The notes: generated by a model not told the origin, from the sequence alone. A stretch of DNA of 64,000 nt from Candidatus Magasanikiibacteriota bacterium (GCA_041665025.1 JBAYJP010000004.1:26311-90310); one strand, 5' to 3'. Shown: positions 10,801-19,452, counted from the first letter of the stretch. Program-made: numbers and translations.

Positions 10801-12914
10801 CTGAATATGTAGCAAGAAGGAAAGAATGGGCAAGAAAAACTGCAGATATTGAAGCGAAAGCCCGTTCGACAAAAGGTCTCGGAGGTACTATTGCGCAGTA
10901 TCAGCTCGATACGGTAACCGCGCGTAAAAAAGCTACACAAGCTCAGCTCCAACAGCATGCGCTCGGTCTGAATAGCGTGAGCGAATTGTTTGAGAGAATG
11001 GAAATAGAAGAGCAATTCGCGGCCGCAGCTGAAAAAATAAAAGAAGGAATAAAAAACAGTCATTTGACTGAAATATTTAAAAAGGGGACTAAAGAATTAG
11101 AAAAAGCTGCTGAAGCAATAGCAAAAGGCGCTGCGTCAGTGAAAGATGCGTACAAAAATATTGGCGCGGGGGCGCAAGCTATAAAAGCAGAAGTCGAATC
11201 AGAGTATCTTACAAGTCTGAGCCAGACACAGCGTCAGCGCACAAAAGATGAAGCAGACGACCAGTATTCTTTGCAAAGATTTGGGTTTGGTACACCGTCG
11301 ACCGCGTTTAAAAATCTTATTAAAAAAAGAATGGATGAGACGTTTACTGGCGTAGAGCGTGAACAGGCGGTTGTTATGGCAATGGGCTCTCTCTCGCATC
11401 TGATGTTGGCACAGGAAGGTGGCGAAGAATTAGACTTGGATCATCAGGCGCAGATGATGGCAAATGTCCAATATTTGGTCAAACAAGCATGGTCAGATGA
11501 TCTATTGGCTCATATTGTCAATAAGGTTAACGACAAGGATAAATTTACTGGAAAAGAAAAGCAAGAAGCCGAAATGTTAGGTAGAGTATTCGTAGATAAA
11601 TTACACTGGGGAACACGGACAGGTGAAGGCGAGAATCAAAAAGTAGTTATAGACAAAAATATTTCTGACAATCGGCGTACCAATGATTTGCACCGTTTGA
11701 CCGCTTATGCTGGAGATACAGATTTATTGCAGTCAGAAAATGCCGTTTTGCATCATAAAAAACAGATGGAAGCAGAGCGAGGTGATAAGGTCGGCTATAT
11801 GGAAGCTGTCAAGGATCTAGCTGAAAAGATTACGGAAGCTCGAAACATTGCTGGGGGTGCAGACGTTGACGTGGAGAAGTTGGGTGAGAGTTTAGGTTTG
11901 AAAGGAATAGCAACTGGCGGAGAAGAACTAAAAGCATTTATGAAGCGATTTGCGAGTGAAGCCAGAGGTGCTGCTGATGCGGTAAGTGAATTTGAAAAGG
12001 ACATTCGTAGTCATTCCGAAGCAAATGAGCTCATGGCTGATTACAAAAATTTGGCACTGCAAGTTGGCCACTTGGATGATGGTGGCCACACGTATTATGA
12101 TATGGGTGACAAGATAGCACGCGGTCATTTGGCTGACGATGCCATGGAGTTCGTTTTGTCTGATTGGCGTAAATTGAACAGTAGAGAGAGAGCACGTCGT
12201 CTCAAATCGCATTCAATTGGTCAAATGGATGAGGATTCAGGGACAATATACAAGGATGAACGCAACATAAAGGCAATACAGGAGACAATGCAAGGTTTAA
12301 CGCGACTTGTATTTTCAGATATTGATGGACGAACTAAAGATCACACGGCCGGAGGAGAAGCGGGAGAAACTTTTGAAACAAATGATGCAACAGGAGCTGC
12401 TATGATCGGAGCACAAAGCGGTACTATGTTTCAAAAAACATTCAAAGACGCGGAAAAAGCCAGAGCAAAACTCAAGATTTTTTTTGAATCACTGACAGAT
12501 GATGCAGAAAAGCTGCTTTTATCTAATTTTGGAATGACCTCAGCACAAATGAAAGCAAAAGCTGAAACAGATGAAATATTTGCTCGTCGTCTCGCGACAT
12601 TGACTCAAGTTGCTGATAATTATGCAGTAGATGCGATCGGCAGTTCTGATTTTTTGGCTGCTAGTATTGGAAGCAAGTCGGGTGTTGAATATGATCTAGC
12701 CGTCCAAGGTAAATTTAATGTTGATCTAGGAGATCAAGATTTGAGAGTTGAAGTAAAAAATGAAGATAAGTTGCTTGATTGGATATCCATGTTGAGAACA
12801 AACAGAACAACAGTTGATTTTGAAAGACAAAGAAAAGCGATTGAGAACAAATTTAAATTAAACAAGAGACCAAAACCAGATTCAAAAAAGGAAGATGACA
12901 ATGAACCACGATAA
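7878..12914 (+). CDS. VirB6/TrbL-like polytopic membrane protein with ~1300-aa charged coiled-coil extension
   Basis: The first ~330 aa have 6 or more hydrophobic helices in a TrbL/VirB6-like arrangement. The remainder is a K/E/A-rich low-complexity coiled coil. The gene heads a cluster with PrgI-like and VirB4 genes. Confidence 0.5.
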   Translation: MRPYFLKSVAQIKARLSSILRVQRNRYFAGIFFVFCITIGLLFVSPSKAVEGVSWLVEGASWMILGIAQICIALTVFFLRFFITLASYNNYIDTAVVQLGWTMVRDVANMFFVVALLVIAFATILGLEQYEWKKGLAKLIMMALFINFSNLIAQLIIDVAHVFTITFLNAVSATAGGNLINMFQLQNITSMVLSSDTSQLQFGTTPEGASTAVFIGVVVAALFAIMAAVAMGSYVVVMAIRVVVLWALIILSPLAYLLAAMPKGEKYAQQWWSEFSKHVLVAPVMVFFLWLAFATLGSGQILQEIQNNDPAVVRLQQTNEAASISITKVSTWENMANYLIAFFFLMMGIKMTQETGAQGAGLVGGAANFGKKVATIATGYAAGRWLAGKAGKGAVAGLKGAAYYMPGVGGRRIETALKTAKANIKAGWYRKGAGITGKGVMAQSAQAKKAQELEEIETKLKDESLDKGERAKLEERKTQLTEGHALSDKERQEAANEAEKKGIKQGKSEKEIASMKRDAVMEAELDAMGTKGLHEVVGQESSGKKHGVIGWLARRDVSRMKHLKKSEGQAETLEKLAFKHMGSEAGGLIFNKKSAQINAQDRWERGLLKAEERRSKAKDTEFETKGEEAGLHESRIKFMPSGSTDWKNQEKMTMADQIASHDRGAGAAQKRIESVLKTADIKIDVSASIAAKGLDVEQKGVNGLLLSDEQVAMEEKKAKAEEDERIIVKEVNDKYEPQRDGLKKEMRDAVDTDPAVEAAQKALDAYREEGGKRDKYLETEEGKAEQKEREDSIDAKLKANKELAEAIRKDPNTNFSDPALEALGQKLKNAQEARKTALVDGNTKEATKQTDNINKIEEDIKKAKEDRATFEKEEQKEQDRLSSRRAMKTDEEEQLVKDVSTKRKAVMEDEQGKYKLAKAEHDKLGKSMEAEIDDKARAPREVIRTERQKLSDYLNGRDKDKENPDGKKKKWEESPEYVARRKEWARKTADIEAKARSTKGLGGTIAQYQLDTVTARKKATQAQLQQHALGLNSVSELFERMEIEEQFAAAAEKIKEGIKNSHLTEIFKKGTKELEKAAEAIAKGAASVKDAYKNIGAGAQAIKAEVESEYLTSLSQTQRQRTKDEADDQYSLQRFGFGTPSTAFKNLIKKRMDETFTGVEREQAVVMAMGSLSHLMLAQEGGEELDLDHQAQMMANVQYLVKQAWSDDLLAHIVNKVNDKDKFTGKEKQEAEMLGRVFVDKLHWGTRTGEGENQKVVIDKNISDNRRTNDLHRLTAYAGDTDLLQSENAVLHHKKQMEAERGDKVGYMEAVKDLAEKITEARNIAGGADVDVEKLGESLGLKGIATGGEELKAFMKRFASEARGAADAVSEFEKDIRSHSEANELMADYKNLALQVGHLDDGGHTYYDMGDKIARGHLADDAMEFVLSDWRKLNSRERARRLKSHSIGQMDEDSGTIYKDERNIKAIQETMQGLTRLVFSDIDGRTKDHTAGGEAGETFETNDATGAAMIGAQSGTMFQKTFKDAEKARAKLKIFFESLTDDAEKLLLSNFGMTSAQMKAKAETDEIFARRLATLTQVADNYAVDAIGSSDFLAASIGSKSGVEYDLAVQGKFNVDLGDQDLRVEVKNEDKLLDWISMLRTNRTTVDFERQRKAIENKFKLNKRPKPDSKKEDDNEPR

Positions 12915-12937
12915 AGTAGTTTCTCTAAATTTTTAGT

Positions 12938-14467
12938 ATGTTTAACCAATATATACAACCCCATTCACCTGATAACAGGAAGAAGATAGAGAAATTGCTT
13001 TCCCAATTATTTGGTTTGGTATCGTCGTGGTCAGACAAACCCTTGTCTGAAAATACTTTATGGGGCGGATTTAATATGTTGAGTGAAAATTTTGCTTCAG
13101 AAGAATTGATGCAAATAGAAGATGAAAAAGATGCTTGTTTTGCCAATAGTCTGTGTGGGTGTATAGATATAGTTGCGTTGGAATCGTTTGTAAAAGAATT
13201 GGAGAATATTGAACATGAAATAACACGCGGTTCTGTCCAAAATGAACATACGCAGATATCTGTCGCCCCGCTTTCACCTGAACTTGCGTCATGTATATCA
13301 GATGTCTCCATGGGTGATTCGTATGTAGCCAAGTTGAGAAATTACTTTTTCTCACTCATGCCATCGCAACAAAAACCATTTGTAGATCGTATAAATCATG
13401 CTCACATGATGTATACAGATGTGAAATTGTGGCTTATTCCCATAGCATCAGCCCTGTTAGCGCTCAATCCGCAAAAGAGGATTTTAAATTATAGTGAATT
13501 TGAAACAGCATTGAGCAATCTCGTACAGCATCCAACCGGAGAACGTGATGATTCGCTTATTGCATTATTTAGATATCTTGGTCAGTCTTTTTATGGCAGA
13601 GACGCGGAAGTCATGGAATGGGCCAGTGATTTTATGATGAATTTTGTTGTTGACGAAGAGGTATATGCGAGGCCGATTGATTATCTTTTGTTTGTAATAA
13701 GCACACATCTTGCATTTTTCAATTTTGCTGATGATCTCCAAGATGTCCAAGATATTTTGGTGCAGAAGAATTTTTTGAGTGCTTTGACTGTTGGCGTGCC
13801 TATAGAGAACATGATAAAAAAAGGCTTGGCCCAAGAATCTTTGTTACCGTATTATTTGACTCGCACATCGGGTCTTGCACAAGCTCTCGCACAGAATACC
13901 CAGACAGTTTTTTTGGATGCCACTCATAATACATTATCTATACAAGTTTTTCTCAGCGAGTATTCTGCTTTTGGCAAAGACAATTATTTGGATGGTTATA
14001 CACAGATGCAGTATGTTACTAATACGCTCAAACAATATGGTATTCCAGAAGCTATGAGGACATATCTTCATACCATATTGAGCATGTATATACATCTCAA
14101 TGAAGGAGATATTGTTGATTACAAAGGATTTTTGAGTGACGAAGGACTGGTAGAACAATATAATTGGAAGTCTGTGCTCGATCATGATATGACAGACGAA
14201 GAAATCAAAAAAGCAAAAGAATACTTAGCTATGGTACAGCGTCCGACTCGTGAAAAAATATATGCAGCAGTAGCGATACAGTCAGTCAATTGGAAAGAAG
14301 AGCCTTATCTTCATCGTGCATTACAAATCAATTCACTTTTTGAAGAAGCAAATGATATACACTGGTCTCCGCTTATATACTTTGATGAAAGAGAAAACGA
14401 TTGGAAATTAGACAAGGAATTGCCCGATATGTGGGGTGGCGGAGAAGATAATTCGAAGAAGGAGTAA
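12938..14467 (+). CDS. hypothetical protein (T4SS-cluster associated, no TM)
   Basis: A long ORF that is co-directional with and tightly spaced to neighbours. No recognisable motif. Confidence 0.5.
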   Translation: MFNQYIQPHSPDNRKKIEKLLSQLFGLVSSWSDKPLSENTLWGGFNMLSENFASEELMQIEDEKDACFANSLCGCIDIVALESFVKELENIEHEITRGSVQNEHTQISVAPLSPELASCISDVSMGDSYVAKLRNYFFSLMPSQQKPFVDRINHAHMMYTDVKLWLIPIASALLALNPQKRILNYSEFETALSNLVQHPTGERDDSLIALFRYLGQSFYGRDAEVMEWASDFMMNFVVDEEVYARPIDYLLFVISTHLAFFNFADDLQDVQDILVQKNFLSALTVGVPIENMIKKGLAQESLLPYYLTRTSGLAQALAQNTQTVFLDATHNTLSIQVFLSEYSAFGKDNYLDGYTQMQYVTNTLKQYGIPEAMRTYLHTILSMYIHLNEGDIVDYKGFLSDEGLVEQYNWKSVLDHDMTDEEIKKAKEYLAMVQRPTREKIYAAVAIQSVNWKEEPYLHRALQINSLFEEANDIHWSPLIYFDERENDWKLDKELPDMWGGGEDNSKKE

Positions 14468-14480
14468 TTTTTGTTTGGTT

Positions 14481-15707
14481 ATGTCAGTGCCAACATTCAT
14501 GGTAAAAAAACAAGATGGCACCCAAGTCAAAATGACATTGGACGAGTTTAAGGTATACCAACAGACACTAAAGCACTTGAGCACTAAAGCACTTGAGCAC
14601 AACGACCAACCTCTCAATCAGCCAGCTAAAGAAGTTGCAAAGAGTGATGACGTGCCAAAAGGAAAAATGGCTATAGTTGAAAAAAAGGAAATAAAACAAA
14701 AAAAAGAAGAATTGCCCATGGTATTGGGGACAGAAGCAGTGACAACGGTGAGTCCGGTGAAAGATGTATTTGTTGACGAAGCTAAATATGTACGAAATTC
14801 GAAAACTGCGAAAAATACGAAAGTAAACGAGAAAAATATTGTTGAAAAAGAGGTTAAAAAGCCTATTTCATTAGCTAAAGATGATTTTGTATCGTTATTA
14901 GAAGAAGATGAGGAAGATGTGCCTAAACCGCAAGGACAAGCAGTAACGATGAGTTCGTATGATGATGTGGTGAAAAAAATTATCACTGAAAGCGGAGTGC
15001 GTGTGCCCGCAGATCTGAAAGAGAGGCTTTCGTCGCTTATTTTGTCCTATATCAAACAAGTTCGTGATGAATACCAATTTATTGACTATGCAGATCGACC
15101 GGCACAAAGGGGAGGTGTGGGTTTGTCAAAAGATGATGCTTCAAAATTATTATCAATGATTAAAAAAACCAATACTCAGCCTGCTAAGCGTAGTTTAGAG
15201 ATTGTTACGGATTCTATTGTTACTAAACCCGCACAGAAAAGTTTGAATGTTATTACGGATTCCACCTCGGTTAGATCTATTGAACGAAGTCAAAAGATTA
15301 TTACGGATTCCGCTATTGATAAACCAATTGATATAGTACAGCCACGCAACGTGGTTCATGATATTGTCTCCATACCGCCTGAACAAAAAACAGTGGGACC
15401 AGAAGGAGAAATGAGTACGTTTGGATTATCAGATTTTCGTAGATTGGCCCGTGATCCTGCAAAAGCCCGCGACATGCTTTTTTCAAAGATTCAGGGGTGG
15501 AAAGCCGAGTCTTTTTTACTCTATATGAAAGCAGCACAGGCCTGGCACAAGAGTCCTCTCTATAGAGAATATCTTGACTTGACGGAGAATTCACTTAAAG
15601 AAAATACGCAAATTTCACAATTGTTGATCGAGCAAACAAAGGCTGGGGGGATGACATTTGGAGAATATAAAGAAATTGTTGAGTTGAATAGACAACTTAG
15701 TAACTAA
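14481..15707 (+). CDS. hypothetical protein with internal ~50-60-bp tandem repeats
   Basis: The ATG at 14481 follows the upstream stop. Three imperfect repeats (..ITDS..) span 15190-15330. Confidence 0.5.
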   Translation: MSVPTFMVKKQDGTQVKMTLDEFKVYQQTLKHLSTKALEHNDQPLNQPAKEVAKSDDVPKGKMAIVEKKEIKQKKEELPMVLGTEAVTTVSPVKDVFVDEAKYVRNSKTAKNTKVNEKNIVEKEVKKPISLAKDDFVSLLEEDEEDVPKPQGQAVTMSSYDDVVKKIITESGVRVPADLKERLSSLILSYIKQVRDEYQFIDYADRPAQRGGVGLSKDDASKLLSMIKKTNTQPAKRSLEIVTDSIVTKPAQKSLNVITDSTSVRSIERSQKIITDSAIDKPIDIVQPRNVVHDIVSIPPEQKTVGPEGEMSTFGLSDFRRLARDPAKARDMLFSKIQGWKAESFLLYMKAAQAWHKSPLYREYLDLTENSLKENTQISQLLIEQTKAGGMTFGEYKEIVELNRQLSN

Positions 15708-15720
15708 AAAATATTAAAAA

Positions 15721-15796
15721 TGTACGAAATTCGGAAACTACGAAATATTCGAAATACATTTTTTTCGTACCTTTCGCAGCTTTCGTATTTCGTACA
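15721..15796. repeat. TACGAAA-heptamer palindromic element (copy A)
   Basis: tgtacgaaat(t/a)cg(g)aaactacgaaatattcgaaatacatttttttcgtacctttcgcagctttcgtatttcgtaca. Near-identical to the copies at 16235 and 17488. Confidence 0.8.
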
Positions 15797-15799
15797 TGA

Positions 15800-16231
15800 A
15801 TGTATATGCAACAGTTCGTCATTCCACAATTTATCGATGTCGAAGACAAGATTTTTGGGCCAATCACCACACGTCAGTTTTTGATTTTGCTTGTGGCCGG
15901 CATTTGTATATTTTTATCCTACCGTTTTGCTGATCTTGCGTTGTTTATTGTCGTACTTGCCGTCATGGGGGGCTTGGCATTAGTGTTCGCATTTGTTAAA
16001 ATTAACGGACAGACGTTTCATTATTTTTTGTTAAATATTATTCAGACCTTGCGCAAGCCATCTTTGAGGATTTGGAGAAAATTTTATCATAAAAAAGAAT
16101 TAGAATTTTTGAGAAAACAAGTAACTGAAGAAAAAATTATTGAAGAAAAGGCAAAGCCCGTGCACAGAGAGAGAATTAGAGATTTGGCTCTGCTTGTTAA
16201 TACTGGTGGTTTTTATAAGCCAGAAGAATAA
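15800..16231 (+). CDS. PrgI-family (VirB3-like) conjugal-transfer membrane protein
   Basis: N-terminus VIPQFIDVEDKIFGPITTRQFLILL followed by two TM helices, typical of PrgI/VirB3-like proteins that sit upstream of VirB4. Confidence 0.55.
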   Translation: MYMQQFVIPQFIDVEDKIFGPITTRQFLILLVAGICIFLSYRFADLALFIVVLAVMGGLALVFAFVKINGQTFHYFLLNIIQTLRKPSLRIWRKFYHKKELEFLRKQVTEEKIIEEKAKPVHRERIRDLALLVNTGGFYKPEE

Positions 16232-16234
16232 TTA

Positions 16235-16310
16235 TGTACGAAATACGAAAACTACGAAATATTCGAAATACATTTTTTTCGTACCTTTCGCAGCTTTCGT
16301 ATTTCGTACA
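16235..16310. repeat. TACGAAA-heptamer palindromic element (copy B)
   Basis: More than 90% identical to copy A. Confidence 0.8.
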
Positions 16311-16322
16311 TAATATTATGTT

Positions 16323-16739
16323 ATGGACCAAGGAGGTAAACAATATACGCTAAGAAGAAATGATTTGATATATCCAGAATTGAGTTTTAAGATTAGTGGT
16401 GTTCTATTTAATGTGTTTAAACAGTTGGGCGGAGGTCATGAAGAAAAATACTACGAGAAAGCAGTGTCTATCGGTTTTACTAAAGGACAGATAAAGTTTA
16501 ACCGCCAATATTATGTTCCTCTAACGTATGAGGGTGAACATATTGGTAAATATTACTTAGATTTTTTAGTAGAGGGTAAGATAATATTGGAATTAAAAAG
16601 AGGAAAATATTTAAATGCACGTCTTATAGATCAGGTAACTAAATATTTGGAAACTTTAAAGTTACAATTGGCAATTATTGCATGTTTTACGAGCAATGGT
16701 GTAATAATAAAACGTATTATAAATCATAACATGCTGTAA
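16323..16739 (+). CDS. GxxExxY-family protein (PD-(D/E)xK-like)
   Basis: GGGHEEKYYEKAV matches the G-x-x-E-x-x-Y signature, and the length is ~140 aa. Flanked on both sides by TACGAAA elements. Confidence 0.6.
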   Translation: MDQGGKQYTLRRNDLIYPELSFKISGVLFNVFKQLGGGHEEKYYEKAVSIGFTKGQIKFNRQYYVPLTYEGEHIGKYYLDFLVEGKIILELKRGKYLNARLIDQVTKYLETLKLQLAIIACFTSNGVIIKRIINHNML

Positions 16740-16744
16740 TACAC

Positions 16745-16777
16745 TTTCGAAATTTCGTAGCTTTCGAATTTCGTACA
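16745..16777. repeat. TACGAAA-family half element (right arm only)
   Basis: tttcgaaatttcgtagctttcgaatttcgtaca. Confidence 0.5.
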
Positions 16778-16782
16778 TATAT

Positions 16783-17469
16783 ATGGATGATAAAGTCAAA
16801 CAAAAAAAGAGTAATTCCAAGCCGAGCACACAGGCCCATCTTCCTATTGCAGAAATACGGGAAGGTGTGGTGGTCTTGAAAGATGGAACATTGCGCGCGG
16901 TTCTCATGACCTCGAGTATTAATTTTGCGTTGAAATCAGAAGATGAACAGAATGCTCTTATTTCTTCGTATGTAGGATTTCTCAATTCTCTCGATTTTCC
17001 TGTGCAAATTGTCATCCAGTCGCGCCGATTGCAGATTAAGCCATATTTGGAGAAGCTTTCCACGCTCGAACGAGAGCAGAAAAACGAATTACTGCGTGTG
17101 CAAATTGCCGATTATCGTGCATTTATTGAGGAGTTGGTAGACATTGGAAAAATTATGACAAAAAAATATCTCGTAGTAGTCCCATATGATCCTATTTCAA
17201 ATAGCAAAAAGAGTTTTTGGTCTCGATTTAAAGAGGTAATAAAACCGGCTATTTCGTTGAGGCTTAAAAATGATCGTTTTCAAAAACGAAGGCAAGATTT
17301 GGATATGAGAGTCCGGCAAGTCGAAGGCGGCCTTTCATCTATGGGACTCCAAGTGGTCCAACTTGATACACAAGCGCTCATTGAATTGTATTACAGCACC
17401 TACAATCCCGATATTTCTTTTGCAGAGACCCTAGGAGATATTGATAAACAACAAGTAGAAACCATTTAA
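16783..17469 (+). CDS. VirB4/TraC-family N-terminal segment (first part of a split VirB4)
   Basis: LPIAEIREGVVVLKDGTLRAVL...FPVQIVIQSRR resembles the start of VirB4-type proteins. It is in the same frame (mod 3) as the next ORF, and the two are separated by a 102-bp element. Confidence 0.5.
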   Translation: MDDKVKQKKSNSKPSTQAHLPIAEIREGVVVLKDGTLRAVLMTSSINFALKSEDEQNALISSYVGFLNSLDFPVQIVIQSRRLQIKPYLEKLSTLEREQKNELLRVQIADYRAFIEELVDIGKIMTKKYLVVVPYDPISNSKKSFWSRFKEVIKPAISLRLKNDRFQKRRQDLDMRVRQVEGGLSSMGLQVVQLDTQALIELYYSTYNPDISFAETLGDIDKQQVETI

Positions 17470-17470
17470 T

Positions 17471-17565
17471 TATGTACGAATTAATTATGTACGAAATACG
17501 AAAACTACGAAATATCCGAAATACATTTTTTTCGTACCTTTCGCAGCTTTCGTATTTCGAACATA
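17471..17565. repeat. TACGAAA-heptamer palindromic element (copy C) separating the two VirB4 ORFs
   Basis: Near-identical to copies A and B, with a short 5' partial duplication atgtacgaattaatt. Confidence 0.8.
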
Positions 17566-17571
17566 TCTATT

Positions 17572-19452
17572 ATGCCGTTCAAACCCGTTAGTTTTGGAAA
17601 AAATCCAAAGTTCGCTCCCATATCTGCTCCAGAAGATGAACAAAAGAAAAAAGTTCAGCAGGAAATGGTGTCGTTGAAAGAAGAGCGTTTGTACCGCGAG
17701 GGCACTGTTGCCATTCGCGATCTTATTGCACCTTCTGCGTTTAGAGTTGAGTCAAGCTTTCTTCAGTTGGGTACGACTATGCTTCGGACTATTTTTATCG
17801 TGAGTTACCCTCGCTATATTTCTGTCGGATGGAGTGCGCCTATACTCAATTTGAATTTGACCATGGATATTAGTATGTTCTTTTATCCGATTAATTCTGC
17901 GATTATTTTGAAACAGCTCAAGAAAAAAGTAGGTGCATTGCAAGCGCAATTATCCGCGGATGCAGAAAAAGGAGCGCCCCGTGATCCAGTACGCGAAACG
18001 GCGTTGCAAGATATTGAACAATTGCGCGATGATTTGACTCAAGGCACTGAACATTTTTTTCAATTTGCGTTTTATATCACATTATATTCCACGAATCTTG
18101 AAGAATTGGAACGTATTACCGATGATATCCATAATATTTTTGGTTCAAAATTGATTCACAGCAAACATGTGTTGTATCAGGCAGAACAGGGATTTAATTC
18201 GACGGTACCGATGAGCGTCGATGAGCTTGTTATTGCGTTTAATATGAATTCATCTCCTATTGCAGCGTCATTTCCTTTTATATCTTCTGAGCTGACTTCC
18301 GACGATGGTATCTTGTATGGTGTGAATCGCCACAATAACAGTCTTATTTTGTTTGACCGTTTTTCTTTGCAAAATGCAAATATGGTCGTATTTGCAACCT
18401 CTGGTGCAGGAAAATCATATGCGGTTAAGTTGGAAATTTTGCGCAGTCTCATGATGGGAGTGGATATCATTGTCATCGACCCTGAAATGGAGTACGTGCA
18501 TCTTTGCGAGGCAGTAGGGGGTACGTATATCAGTATTTCTCTTGCTTCGGAAAGTAAAGTCAATCCGTTTGATTTGCCTCGACCTGTTGGGCAACAAGTT
18601 TCAACTGAAGATATTATCCGGAGTGCAGTTATTACACTCAAAGGGTTGTTGCGTATTATGTTTGGCACTATTACTGCCCAAGAGGATTCTATTTTGGATA
18701 GAGCATTGCTTGAAACATATGCCAAAAAAGATATTACTGCCCAAAGCGATTTGTCTACGGTTGAGCCGCCAATTATGCAAGATTTGCTTGATGTACTTGA
18801 AGGTATGGAAGGCGCAGAAACACTTGTGTTAAAGTTGAAAAAATATACGGAAGGAACATTTGCAGGACTTTTCAATTCACCGACCAATGTAAACATGAGC
18901 AATCAGCTTGTCATATTTAGTGTGCGTGATTTGGAAGATGAATTGCGTCCCATGGCTATTTATACATTGGTCAATTATATTTGGAATATTGTACGTTCGG
19001 AGCGCAAAAAGCGTTTGCTCATGATTGATGAGGCGTGGTGGCTCATGATGCATGAAGATAGCGCAAAATTTATGTACGCGCTTGTGAAACGGTGTCGCAA
19101 ATATTATTTGGGTGTTACGACGATTACCCAAGATGTGAATGATTTCTTGCGTTCTCAATATGGGCAAGCGATTGTAAACAACTCTGCGTTGCAAATGCTC
19201 TTGCGCCAGTCGCCGTCTGCGGTGGACGTGATCCAAAAAACATTCATGCTGACTGAAGGAGAGAAATATTTGCTTTTGGAAAGTCCGGTAGGGCAGGGTA
19301 TATTTTTTGCAGGCAACAAACATGCGGCCATTCAGATTGTTGCTTCATATACCGAAGACCAATTGGTTACATCAAATCCCCAGCAATTGCTTGAAATCGA
19401 GCGTGCTAAAAAAGAATTTGAACAGCAGATGACGGGACGAGACCAAAGTTGA
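17572..19452 (+). CDS. VirB4/TrbE/CagE-family T4SS ATPase (C-terminal major part)
   Basis: CagE_TrbE_VirB-type region (FIVSYPRYISVGW), Walker A FATSGAGKSY, Walker B LLMIDEAWWLM. Confidence 0.85.
   Translation: MPFKPVSFGKNPKFAPISAPEDEQKKKVQQEMVSLKEERLYREGTVAIRDLIAPSAFRVESSFLQLGTTMLRTIFIVSYPRYISVGWSAPILNLNLTMDISMFFYPINSAIILKQLKKKVGALQAQLSADAEKGAPRDPVRETALQDIEQLRDDLTQGTEHFFQFAFYITLYSTNLEELERITDDIHNIFGSKLIHSKHVLYQAEQGFNSTVPMSVDELVIAFNMNSSPIAASFPFISSELTSDDGILYGVNRHNNSLILFDRFSLQNANMVVFATSGAGKSYAVKLEILRSLMMGVDIIVIDPEMEYVHLCEAVGGTYISISLASESKVNPFDLPRPVGQQVSTEDIIRSAVITLKGLLRIMFGTITAQEDSILDRALLETYAKKDITAQSDLSTVEPPIMQDLLDVLEGMEGAETLVLKLKKYTEGTFAGLFNSPTNVNMSNQLVIFSVRDLEDELRPMAIYTLVNYIWNIVRSERKKRLLMIDEAWWLMMHEDSAKFMYALVKRCRKYYLGVTTITQDVNDFLRSQYGQAIVNNSALQMLLRQSPSAVDVIQKTFMLTEGEKYLLLESPVGQGIFFAGNKHAAIQIVASYTEDQLVTSNPQQLLEIERAKKEFEQQMTGRDQS

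Noticed and set aside
9821-11063. Long antisense ORFs (279 aa, 181 aa, 123 aa) inside the VirB6-like gene
   Set aside because: They lie in a K/E/A-rich low-complexity coding region whose complement yields S/F/L-rich open frames. They have no start context and are typical shadow ORFs.
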